A DNA stretch of 64,000 bases from a virus (lineage: Duplodnaviria; Caudoviricetes): the IMG/VR virus record IMGVR_UViG_3300027759_000043, one strand, 5' to 3'. Below the pieces are notes generated by a model that was not told the DNA's origin, did no database searches, and saw only the letters and a program-made list of their open reading frames with translations. The position numbers and the translations under genes were made by a program. Below, piece by piece: positions 49,540 through 57,983 of the stretch; within the stretch, counting starts at the first letter, position 1, and each line of letters starts with the position of its first letter.

Positions 49540-50330
49540 TGGTTATAGATACATTTTTATTCAATGACGAGTTTGACATGCTGGATATACATCTAGCAAT
49601 TACCAGTCACTATGCAGATCGTTGGATAGTGCTAGAAGCCAGCAGAACATTTAGCGGTATACCCAAGCCCTACAATTTGTCTGACAATCTAGCCCGGTAT
49701 CAAGACAAATACGGGGATAGTATTCAAGTAGTCACACTGGAATTAAATGAAGATCAAACCAACTTGATCTGTGAAACCATGATGCGACAAGGATTACAAT
49801 CTGCAATTGAACAATACAGCGCAGATGATATTGTCATACACGGCGACCTTGATGAGATTATAGATCCCACAAAATGGTCTGCCATTGTTGATCTCATGAA
49901 CACACACGATCGTCCGGTCACCTGTGGATTTGAAATGTACATGTACCGATTTGATCAAAAGGCTGATCGGAACTGGAAAGGCAGTGTGGCGGCTAGAAAA
50001 CGTATGTTTGCCACACCACATGAGTTGTACAAAGGACAAAGTACCAAACGCAAAGATCGCAGTCATTGTGTGGGACTCAAAGAAGCAGTGGGTTGGCACT
50101 GGACCTGGATTGGCACAGATGAATTGGTAAAAAACAAAGCACGAAGTTGCATTGAGAGCCAACATAGAGATCCAGACCAAATACTTGAAGCATTTAAACG
50201 TCTAGACACTATTTCAGCAATCAATCACAAATGTACCACACGCACCATTAGTACCGCATACCCTGACGAAGTACAATCAATATTGAAAAACTATCCACAA
50301 TATTGGAATCATGCTCCGACGGCTAAATGA
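49539..50330 (+). CDS. GT17-like beta-1,4-N-acetylglucosaminyltransferase
   Basis: DTFLFNDEFDML, IVLEASRTFSG.PKP, HGDLDEI, GWHWTW. Confidence 0.75.
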   Translation: MVIDTFLFNDEFDMLDIHLAITSHYADRWIVLEASRTFSGIPKPYNLSDNLARYQDKYGDSIQVVTLELNEDQTNLICETMMRQGLQSAIEQYSADDIVIHGDLDEIIDPTKWSAIVDLMNTHDRPVTCGFEMYMYRFDQKADRNWKGSVAARKRMFATPHELYKGQSTKRKDRSHCVGLKEAVGWHWTWIGTDELVKNKARSCIESQHRDPDQILEAFKRLDTISAINHKCTTRTISTAYPDEVQSILKNYPQYWNHAPTAK

Positions 50331-51139
50331 AAACTCGTGCGCAACTGAAACAAGAGCATCGTGCGGCTAGAGAAGCATACCGTGCTGCCAAGCACCAAGA
50401 CACAACAATTGAAGTAGTTGACTACAACATGCCTGTAGATTGTGCCTGTGTCATACACGGTGATGTTTATAGTTGGCAGTACGTGGACACTCTTTACAGT
50501 ATGTTGAGTCGTAATCTGTCTAGACCAATCCGTATGCATGTATACACTGAACAACACCGAGAAGTGCCGCCACACATGATCAAACATGTGTTGACCGAAT
50601 GGCCGGGCATACGAGGAAGCAAAAAATCCTGGTGGTACAAAATGCAGTTGTTTAATACCGAACACCATTTGGGGCCGTTGCTTTATCTGGATCTTGACAC
50701 AGTGATAGTAAACAATCTAGACTGGATAACACAACTCGGTCTATCGCACTTGTGGACCATACGAGATTTCAAAACACTTTGGAACCCAAGATTTCAAGGC
50801 ATTAACTCCAGCGTAATGTATTGGCACACTGAAAAGTTTGCTAAAGTATGGGCAGAATTTAGTAAACAACATATTCCTAAATTATGCAGTCAATACCACG
50901 GTGATCAGGATTACCTGTCTGTGGTATTGAAACCTAATCAGCGACGCTTCTTTCCTGAAAAATCCGCCCTGAGTTGGCGTTGGCAAGCACTAGATGGCGG
51001 TATGAATCCGTACAATCGAATCCACCGACACCCAGGACAGGGCACACAATTTGGTGCAGAGACTAGCCTGCTCATTTTTCACGGACAACCCAAGCCCGAT
51101 CAAGTGACAGATCCTGTAATAAAAAATCACTGGTGTTAG
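50327..51139 (+). CDS. GT-A glycosyltransferase (GT8-like)
   Basis: WWYKMQLF, LYLDLDTVI, INSSVMYW, GDQDYL, FHGQPKP. Confidence 0.75.
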   Translation: MKTRAQLKQEHRAAREAYRAAKHQDTTIEVVDYNMPVDCACVIHGDVYSWQYVDTLYSMLSRNLSRPIRMHVYTEQHREVPPHMIKHVLTEWPGIRGSKKSWWYKMQLFNTEHHLGPLLYLDLDTVIVNNLDWITQLGLSHLWTIRDFKTLWNPRFQGINSSVMYWHTEKFAKVWAEFSKQHIPKLCSQYHGDQDYLSVVLKPNQRRFFPEKSALSWRWQALDGGMNPYNRIHRHPGQGTQFGAETSLLIFHGQPKPDQVTDPVIKNHWC

Positions 51140-51168
51140 GCTAAATACATCAAAAGGGAGATACCAGC

Positions 51169-51717
51169 ATGGGTACAAAACAAGTTCAAATGGAATTCCA
51201 GGTCGCCGCAGATGACGGAGTATCAGCACAAGTAACTATCACTGCTGGAGGTACACAAGTGTTTTCTGGTGCGTTAGGACAAACTACTAATCCTCTTCCG
51301 GGTCAAGTTTATTTTGATTCAACCCCATTTAGTTTGGTTGAATTTGATCTAAATGTAGCAGATATGCCTAGTCCTTGGGGCACCCCTGGACCATATGGTC
51401 AATGGACAACGCCAGTTGATATAACTATCTTGGTCTCGGGCGGTAGTATTTGTTTACAGGAAACGGCGGCAAATTATAGTACCTATTTGGCCGAAATTAC
51501 TCCAGCAACTACCCCGCCTACATATCATACAGCGCCAGGCAATGCCACCATATTCTCTACACTACGGTATGACACTCAGCCAGTCTGGACTCCAACTGGT
51601 ACTGATGCTGGTAGACTCAACATCGCAGATAATGTTGCTACCGGACCGGGATCGTTGTTGCTGTTAGATAACGAATCAGTCGCTTATCAAGTGGCCATGA
51701 CATTGTACAGTGCTTAA
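51169..51717 (+). CDS. Hypothetical beta-rich protein (late promoter)
   Basis: TAAATA at 51142, SD gggag; Thr/Pro/Gly-rich. Confidence 0.7.
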   Translation: MGTKQVQMEFQVAADDGVSAQVTITAGGTQVFSGALGQTTNPLPGQVYFDSTPFSLVEFDLNVADMPSPWGTPGPYGQWTTPVDITILVSGGSICLQETAANYSTYLAEITPATTPPTYHTAPGNATIFSTLRYDTQPVWTPTGTDAGRLNIADNVATGPGSLLLLDNESVAYQVAMTLYSA

Positions 51718-51743
51718 AAAGTAAACCCAAAGTATTATCAGTA

Positions 51744-51758
51744 AAAAGTACTACTTTT
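51744..51758. promoter_or_regulatory. Palindromic operator-like site AAAAGTA-N-TACTTTT, copy 1
   Basis: Perfect 7-bp inverted repeat with 1-nt spacer; second copy at 52068. Confidence 0.55.
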
Positions 51759-51761
51759 GTA

Positions 51762-51786
51762 ATAACCCTGCTGTGTGCAGGGTTAT
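51762..51786. repeat. 10-bp inverted repeat (hairpin; terminator or operator)
   Basis: ATAACCCTGC-TGTGT-GCAGGGTTAT. Confidence 0.7.
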
Positions 51787-51796
51787 CTCTTTGTAA

Positions 51797-51825
51797 TTGA
51801 CCAATAATCCGCAATTTGCTATAAT
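51797..51825 (+). promoter_or_regulatory. Sigma70-type promoter with extended -10
   Basis: TTGACC-17 nt-TATAAT with TG. Confidence 0.8.
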
Positions 51826-51853
51826 ACGGCATAGAAACAAAAGGAAATTAAAA

Positions 51854-52075
51854 ATGACTCTAAATCAAAAAGCCGCACTTCAAACCCTTGCTATCATTGT
51901 AGCCATAGTAGGCGGATCTCTAGGTACAACTTATTTGTTATCTCTGCTAGGCCCACAGGCTCCGGCCATTGCAGGATGTGCATTATTGTTGAGCGTATTT
52001 GTATACATGACATTTGGCATAGTAAAGAACCGCTTGGAATATCAAGAAAAACTAGAAGAAATCAACAAAAAGTAA
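51854..52075 (+). CDS. Small two-TM membrane protein
   Basis: SD aagga; two hydrophobic stretches and a charged C-terminus. Confidence 0.7.
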   Translation: MTLNQKAALQTLAIIVAIVGGSLGTTYLLSLLGPQAPAIAGCALLLSVFVYMTFGIVKNRLEYQEKLEEINKK

Positions 52076-52082
52076 TACTTTT
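52068..52082. promoter_or_regulatory. Palindromic operator-like site AAAAGTA-N-TACTTTT, copy 2
   Basis: Ends 7 nt upstream of the -35 box at 52090. Confidence 0.55.
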
Positions 52083-52089
52083 GTAGTAC

Positions 52090-52118
52090 TTGACCATTAA
52101 ATGGTCATTTGCTATAAT
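52090..52118 (+). promoter_or_regulatory. Sigma70-type promoter with extended -10 and internal inverted repeat
   Basis: TTGACC-17 nt-TATAAT; TGACCAT-TAA-ATGGTCA overlaps the -35 box. Confidence 0.8.
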
Positions 52119-52164
52119 ATAAGCATAGACAGTTAATTTTAACCCGCACAAAAAGGAGCCAATT

Positions 52165-53187
52165 ATGAGTGCAATTCGAGTTTTACGTGGTGTGTATCGT
52201 AACCAGCCTGTACAAGACATTTCTTTTACTCTTGTAAAAGGATTTCAAACTGGTGCTAAAGGTGGCTTTGTCACTGTAAAAAATGAGGGACAATTTCCCG
52301 GTTTCGCACCTACAATCCGTATCACTGTTGACAACCCTTCAGATATCGAGTATACTAACAGCATGACAAAAGACAACACCGTACATTTTGAAAAACAAGT
52401 TTTAGTAGCAGAAACGGACGAGGATGCAATGACACGTATCCGTGAACGTTTTGACATCTTAACAGAAATGACCAAAGCAGCCACAGCCGGTGACATCCGT
52501 GCTATGATTGTTAGCGGACCTCCAGGCGTGGGCAAGAGTTACGGCGTAGAGCAAGAGATTGAAAAGGCTTGCTTGTTTGACAAAATTTCTGGCAAACGTC
52601 TACGTGCCGAAGTTGTAAAAGGTAGTGCCACCCCAATTGGCCTGTTCCAAACACTTTACAAATACTCAGACGCAAATTGTGTGTTAGTATTTGACGACTG
52701 TGATAGTATTTTGCTAGACGACGTTGCTCTTAACTTGCTGAAAGGTGCATTAGATTCGGGCAAGAAACGTACCATTAGTTGGTTGTCAGAGTCTAGTGCT
52801 TTGCGTCGTGAAGGCATTCCAGATCGTTTCGAATTCAAAGGTTCAGTAATCTTTATTACCAATCTTAAATTTGATCAAATGAAATCGCAAAAATTGCGTG
52901 ATCACTTGGACGCATTGCAATCACGCTGTCACTACCTGGACTTGACCTTGGACACCATGCGTGACAAATTGTTGCGTATCAAACAGATTGCCAAAGACGG
53001 CGTACTATTCCAAGATTACGATTTTGATGAGGCTGTGCAAGACGATATTATTGACTTCATGCACACCAACAAGGACCGTTTGCGTGAAGTATCTTTGCGC
53101 ATGGCGCTCAAGATTGCAGACTTGCGCAAGATGTCAGTGTTAAACTGGAAACGTTTGGCAGAAACAACTTGTATGAAGAGTGCCTAA
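52165..53187 (+). CDS. AAA+ ATPase
   Basis: SGPPGVGKS Walker A, VLVFDDCD Walker B, LLKGALD, FITN, SRC. SD aaggag. Confidence 0.85.
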   Translation: MSAIRVLRGVYRNQPVQDISFTLVKGFQTGAKGGFVTVKNEGQFPGFAPTIRITVDNPSDIEYTNSMTKDNTVHFEKQVLVAETDEDAMTRIRERFDILTEMTKAATAGDIRAMIVSGPPGVGKSYGVEQEIEKACLFDKISGKRLRAEVVKGSATPIGLFQTLYKYSDANCVLVFDDCDSILLDDVALNLLKGALDSGKKRTISWLSESSALRREGIPDRFEFKGSVIFITNLKFDQMKSQKLRDHLDALQSRCHYLDLTLDTMRDKLLRIKQIAKDGVLFQDYDFDEAVQDDIIDFMHTNKDRLREVSLRMALKIADLRKMSVLNWKRLAETTCMKSA

Positions 53188-53188
53188 T

Positions 53189-53281
53189 ATGGCTTGGATA
53201 GGTGTCTTAATGTTACTAATGTTAGGACACCTTTGGTGGGCATTGTTCCTTTCATGTATAATTTTATTTTTTGGAGATTGA
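53189..53281 (+). CDS. 30-aa hydrophobic microprotein (not in ORF track)
   Basis: MAWIGVLMLLMLGHLWWALFLSCIILFFGD; fills the gap between two ORFs exactly. Confidence 0.45.
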   Translation: MAWIGVLMLLMLGHLWWALFLSCIILFFGD

Positions 53282-53282
53282 A

Positions 53283-53456
53283 ATGGCAGGAAAAGCAAAA
53301 TCGATTTATCTAACAATCACACTCAAAGGTGAGTACAAGGCAGTTTTTCGCAAGACGTTTTTTGATGCCAAAGCATACAATGAATACGTGAAATCGGAAG
53401 AGTTTAAAACCAAGTGGCCAGCAGAGCAATATGATTTGGTAAAGGAAACATACTGA
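53283..53456 (+). CDS. 57-aa hypothetical protein
   Basis: SD ggag; MAGKAKSIYLTI... Confidence 0.6.
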   Translation: MAGKAKSIYLTITLKGEYKAVFRKTFFDAKAYNEYVKSEEFKTKWPAEQYDLVKETY

Positions 53457-53563
53457 TGTACGAAGTTTATGAAGGTGACTTTTTGTTGTTCACAACTGAC
53501 GATATAGAAGAAGTGGAATACTATCAAATTGAAGGATACATTGTGCGAGAGATCAGCACTTAA
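53456..53563 (+). CDS. 35-aa acidic microprotein (not in ORF track)
   Basis: MYEVYEGDFLLFTTDDIEEVEYYQIEGYIVREIST; TGATG overlap, SD aagga. Confidence 0.5.
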   Translation: MYEVYEGDFLLFTTDDIEEVEYYQIEGYIVREIST

Positions 53564-53610
53564 GATTGACCCTTTCCCCGGGCATTGGTTGGCTCCGGCC
53601 CGGGTTTTGC

Positions 53611-53647
53611 AACAGGTACCCTTTAAAAGGTACCTGTTTTTTTTTTT
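53611..53647 (+). terminator. Rho-independent terminator
   Basis: AACAGGTACC...GGTACCTGTT stem followed by a long T-run. Confidence 0.85.
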
Positions 53648-53661
53648 GACGTAAATACTTT

Positions 53662-54465
53662 ATGCAAATAGTCTTTTCTAATGGTGAAACTGTAGATTTA
53701 CTAATGAACCAAACACCAGTGGCTTCTGTCTATCAAAAAATATATAAACATCTGCAAAATGTTACTATTCCTTTTCGAGACTGGGACAGCCCTTTTTATT
53801 TTTATAATCACTCCTTGCAACAAATGGTTGGCAAGTTGGCTATGTATGCAGAAAAAGTAAATGTATCAATTGATCAACAGCGTTGCTTGGCACAAGATCA
53901 ACATTATTTGAATTCTATACACGAAATTTATGAGAAAAACTACAATGGAGATCCTGCATGGTTAGACTTTCACGAACACATTCACCTATGTGAACAAGAG
54001 TATACATATAAATTAAAAATTTTTAGGATTGATTATAGAGAAAAATCTGGCCTGTTAGAAAAACCATTTGATTACGAATGGCTAGAAAACGCAACGACAA
54101 AAATCAAAGCCGGCGATGTGTTCATATCATGGAACGAATTAGGAAAAACGCCATACACCTATTGGTACCATAACGAACCTAATGACATAACTCGTATGCG
54201 CGAGTTAATTAAACCCTGGGTAAGATTAATACCTAAAATTTTCATTGCATTGGAAGATAAAGACCTAGAAAAAGATTGCACAAAACTTTTAGAATTTGAG
54301 TCCTGGTGGGCGCAATACAGTGAAAAACTTTGCCAATATTGGAATATTCCATCATGGACTTCAAATGATATGTTTAAATGTTTGATTTTGGGTAAAGTAG
54401 TGGACATTGGTACATTTATCACACTATTAAAAAACAACGTCACACCAATTAGAGTTATATTATAG
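53662..54465 (+). CDS. AT-rich hypothetical protein
   Basis: 267-aa ORF, TAAATA at 53652. Confidence 0.7.
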   Translation: MQIVFSNGETVDLLMNQTPVASVYQKIYKHLQNVTIPFRDWDSPFYFYNHSLQQMVGKLAMYAEKVNVSIDQQRCLAQDQHYLNSIHEIYEKNYNGDPAWLDFHEHIHLCEQEYTYKLKIFRIDYREKSGLLEKPFDYEWLENATTKIKAGDVFISWNELGKTPYTYWYHNEPNDITRMRELIKPWVRLIPKIFIALEDKDLEKDCTKLLEFESWWAQYSEKLCQYWNIPSWTSNDMFKCLILGKVVDIGTFITLLKNNVTPIRVIL

Positions 54466-54502
54466 GTTGCATTTTCCAACGCAATCAATTAAAATACACA
54501 CA

Positions 54503-55972
54503 ATGAAAAGATGTACAATACAGATTAAGGACGAAGTCAACATCCGACTAGAGGGACTAGATTTAGATGTGCGTCGATCCTTGGTCACGGCTTTTAAATA
54601 TGATGTACCTTATGCTAGATATCTTCCAGCAGTTCGTTTAGGACGTTGGGACGGCAAGATCAGTTACTTCCAATTAGGCGGTAGTACTTACACAAACTTG
54701 CTACCCGAGATTATTCCCATATTAGAAAAGTTTGATTACGATATTGAACTGGATGATCAAAGAGATTACTCGACTACCTTTGCATTTGAACAAGTGCGTG
54801 AGGATTCATTTGCACATGTGAAGTGGCCCAAGGGACATCCTGCCGCAGGTGAGTCCATTATGATGCGAGACTATCAAGTTGATATTGTGAACAACTTCCT
54901 GGCCAATCCACAATGCTTGCAAGAAGTGGCCACAGGTGCAGGCAAAACTATCATGACAGCGGCGTTGTCAAATGCAGTGGCACCATATGGACGCTCAATC
55001 GTTATTGTGCCCAACAAGAGTTTGGTGACACAAACAGAAAAAGACTACATCAACATGGAGCAAGATGTGGGTGTGTTCTTTGGAGATAGAAAAGAGTATG
55101 GACGCACACATACCATTTGCACTTGGCAAAGTTTGAATGTGCTGTTAAAGAACACCAAGTCGGGTGTGGGTGACTGCACTATTGGTGAATTCTTGGAAGG
55201 TGTGGTGTGCGTTATTGTAGACGAAGTACACATGGCCAAAGCAGATGCACTCAAAACCTTGCTAACAGGCGTGATGGCTAGAGTGCCGATTCGATGGGGT
55301 TTGACTGGAACCATACCCAAGGAGAAGTTTGAGAGTCAGGCGTTGCTGGTGGGACTGGGTCCTGTTATTGGACGCTTGAGCGCCAACGAACTGCAACAGC
55401 AAGGGGTATTGGCCAACTGTCATGTGAACATTGTGCAGTTGGTTGATCACGTGGAGTATAAAGAGTATCAATCGGAACTTAAATACTTGCTTGAAGAGTC
55501 AGGCCGATTGGACACCATGGCTGAACTGATCCGTAAGGTAAATGAAACAGGTAACACACTGGTGCTTGTGGATCGAGTGGCCGCAGGACATGCTCTAGTA
55601 GAACGGCTGGGTGATCGTGCTGTTTTTGTAAGCGGTGCGACCAAAGCAAAAGATAGACAAGATGAATATGATGAAGTTGCAGACAGCGTTGATAAGATTA
55701 TTGTGGCTACCTATGGTGTTGCCGCTGTGGGTATTAATATCCCTAGGATTTTTAATTTGGTTCTTATTGAACCCGGCAAAAGTTTTGTCCGTGTTATTCA
55801 AAGTATTGGACGAGGCATAAGAAAAGCCGAAGACAAAGATCATGTGCAAATTTGGGACATTACTAGTACCTGCAAGTTTGCCAAAAGACACCTAACCAAA
55901 CGCAAACAGTTTTATAAAGAAGCCAACTATCCATTCAGTTCAGAAAAACTAGAGTGGATGAAAATCGCTTGA
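54503..55972 (+). CDS. uvsW: SF2 DNA helicase (UvsW-like)
   Basis: MRDYQ, ATGAGKT, IVDEVH, GLTGT, VGINIP, QSIGRGIR. Confidence 0.9.
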   Translation: MKRCTIQIKDEVNIRLEGLDLDVRRSLVTAFKYDVPYARYLPAVRLGRWDGKISYFQLGGSTYTNLLPEIIPILEKFDYDIELDDQRDYSTTFAFEQVREDSFAHVKWPKGHPAAGESIMMRDYQVDIVNNFLANPQCLQEVATGAGKTIMTAALSNAVAPYGRSIVIVPNKSLVTQTEKDYINMEQDVGVFFGDRKEYGRTHTICTWQSLNVLLKNTKSGVGDCTIGEFLEGVVCVIVDEVHMAKADALKTLLTGVMARVPIRWGLTGTIPKEKFESQALLVGLGPVIGRLSANELQQQGVLANCHVNIVQLVDHVEYKEYQSELKYLLEESGRLDTMAELIRKVNETGNTLVLVDRVAAGHALVERLGDRAVFVSGATKAKDRQDEYDEVADSVDKIIVATYGVAAVGINIPRIFNLVLIEPGKSFVRVIQSIGRGIRKAEDKDHVQIWDITSTCKFAKRHLTKRKQFYKEANYPFSSEKLEWMKIA

Positions 55973-55997
55973 CTTTTCAATATAAATCCTGTATTAT
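55969..55997 (+). promoter_or_regulatory. Sigma70-type promoter
   Basis: TTGACT-17 nt-TATTAT, 6 nt before ATG 56004. Confidence 0.55.
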
Positions 55998-56003
55998 TAA
56001 AAC

Positions 56004-56504
56004 ATGCGCATATTAACACTCGACAACGCTCCTTACGATCTTGATCATTTGCCTGAACAGGTAGAAGACATGAGATTTGCAATACTAGACAATTCTGATC
56101 CTGCCAATCCAGACTATCATTATATTCCATTAATTTTTCTAGAAAGTTTTAATGCACCTGCTCTAGTGCTACAGATAGGCACCAACAGAATCCGAATGCC
56201 CGTGGACTGGCAAATCCTTATTGGTGAACCTGACGTGGGCGACTTGGAAATACTGCCACTAACATCAATCAATGATCGTGGCTTTAGCGCATTTCAATTC
56301 AACCCACTTTCAAGTTTCCGTCCCTCCTTTCCTAACGTAGAGATTGTGGATGTGTATCAAGAAGTAGCATGGTACGCACCCAAACTCAAGAACGGACAGA
56401 TGTTGTGTGTACCCATAGACGACAGTTCAACTCCGGACTGTGTGTACTTTGTAAAAGACGTTAGCCGCAACTGCGAGATTGTGGACTACAATAAAGCGTG
56501 GTAG
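56004..56504 (+). CDS. Hypothetical beta-rich protein
   Basis: 166-aa ORF in the replication operon. Confidence 0.7.
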   Translation: MRILTLDNAPYDLDHLPEQVEDMRFAILDNSDPANPDYHYIPLIFLESFNAPALVLQIGTNRIRMPVDWQILIGEPDVGDLEILPLTSINDRGFSAFQFNPLSSFRPSFPNVEIVDVYQEVAWYAPKLKNGQMLCVPIDDSSTPDCVYFVKDVSRNCEIVDYNKAW

Positions 56505-56507
56505 GCA

Positions 56508-56819
56508 ATGGGAACACTCAAACCAGGTGCCACTTACATTTACGAACGTGCCGATGGCGTAGTATATGCCAGAGAGTTTGGCGCTGATCCTAGTACCCGA
56601 AAAGTAGTAGGATACGAAAACGGTCGTGAGTATGATCCCATAAACGGACACCGTATTGACTATGACTCAAGAACCAGCGACAGAAGACCCTTGCGTGATC
56701 ATATGTTGGAAGACCAACTTTGGGGTGAGATCCGCCGAGAGGCACGGACCAATCCTACTTTACAAGATGCGCTGGAACGTGCTATAATGATCTATCAACT
56801 GAGCAAAGAACATGAGTGA
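56508..56819 (+). CDS. Hypothetical protein
   Basis: 103-aa ORF coupled to its neighbours. Confidence 0.65.
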   Translation: MGTLKPGATYIYERADGVVYAREFGADPSTRKVVGYENGREYDPINGHRIDYDSRTSDRRPLRDHMLEDQLWGEIRREARTNPTLQDALERAIMIYQLSKEHE

Positions 56820-57258
56820 TAAACTGAACATTGCCAACGAAATGCGTATGTTTGATCGCAAGGTCAGAACATTCTATGACGATTTAACTCCAGAAGAAAA
56901 GAAAAAGTTTTCAAACTATCTCATGATACGCTGGGGCTCCGCAGTAGAAGGATCACGTGACCTGCAAGAGTTCTATGTTATTGCTACAAATGAGAGATTG
57001 AACAAGCACTTTTTTAACGTGGGCCGGCACCCTCGACTGCAATGGCTCATGGCCACAACGGTAAGTCCCAATTTGGGTACGCCAAGACATCCGTGGATCG
57101 CACCCCGCAAGAAAGAAGCAGGACTATCGGCCAAACGCAAAGCACTTGTGGCCATGTACCCCGATTACAAAGATGATGAAATAGATGTCATGTGTGCGAT
57201 AACAACTCAAAAAGAAATTGATGCATACAATCGAGCCGCGGGCAACGACAAAAAATGA
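56812..57258 (+). CDS. Possible clamp-loader small subunit (gp62-like)
   Basis: KFSNYLMIRWGS, NERLNKHFF, LQWL, HPWI resemble the gp62 pattern; replication context. Confidence 0.45.
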   Translation: MSDKLNIANEMRMFDRKVRTFYDDLTPEEKKKFSNYLMIRWGSAVEGSRDLQEFYVIATNERLNKHFFNVGRHPRLQWLMATTVSPNLGTPRHPWIAPRKKEAGLSAKRKALVAMYPDYKDDEIDVMCAITTQKEIDAYNRAAGNDKK

Positions 57259-57983
57259 CACCTAATAGACTGGTTGTAAATGGTTGTAGTTATATGGCGT
57301 ACTATGACCGCGGCGGCGGTACACAAGATCTTGCCTCATGTCTAGGAATACCAACGTCAGAAAATCTTTCGATGAATTCAGCATGTAATAGTAGAATTAT
57401 AAGAACCACACTAAGAGACAGTTACAAAACATTAGTTCCTACACTTTATATAATCGGTATTACTTTTTTGACTAGGTACGAGTTGCCAACACGTTTAGAA
57501 AGAGACAATGAGGATGGTAAATGGAGGTCGTTAAATTCTGGTTTATCTTCTTCCACAACGTCAAGTTTTGAACCTGAATTTGATAAGCATTTTACAGTTC
57601 AAGACTTGATAGAGTATTCTGCTCTTTGGGATAAATTTACCACGCTGGGAATAGAGGATCTTGCGGTGAACTTGCAATATCAGTTGTTGAGCCTACGTGA
57701 TAGTCTGCACTATCGAGGACACAGATGTGTGATATTTAATACTGCTGAACATGTGTTGGATTGGGTAATTGACAACAAATCATTTGATTTATTAAAATCA
57801 AACAAACAATTTGTTCAGAGACTTAAATGGAAAAGTATACCTTGGCAATTTGAACAAGGCGCAGACTTTTATCCAGGTGACGAAAAACATCCAGCAGATT
57901 CTAGACATGTTGCATTAGGACAACATCAATGGTTGAATAAATTTTTAGTTGACTATATCAATCAAAACGGTATTTTAGAATGA
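57255..57983 (+). CDS. AT-rich SGNH/GDSL-like protein
   Basis: LVVNGCSY, NLSMNSACNSRIIR, DSRHVALGQH. Confidence 0.55.
   Translation: MTPNRLVVNGCSYMAYYDRGGGTQDLASCLGIPTSENLSMNSACNSRIIRTTLRDSYKTLVPTLYIIGITFLTRYELPTRLERDNEDGKWRSLNSGLSSSTTSSFEPEFDKHFTVQDLIEYSALWDKFTTLGIEDLAVNLQYQLLSLRDSLHYRGHRCVIFNTAEHVLDWVIDNKSFDLLKSNKQFVQRLKWKSIPWQFEQGADFYPGDEKHPADSRHVALGQHQWLNKFLVDYINQNGILE

Noticed and set aside
53564-53650. tRNA in the GC-rich intergenic segment
   Set aside because: No cloverleaf, T-loop (GTTCRA) or CCA end recognisable.
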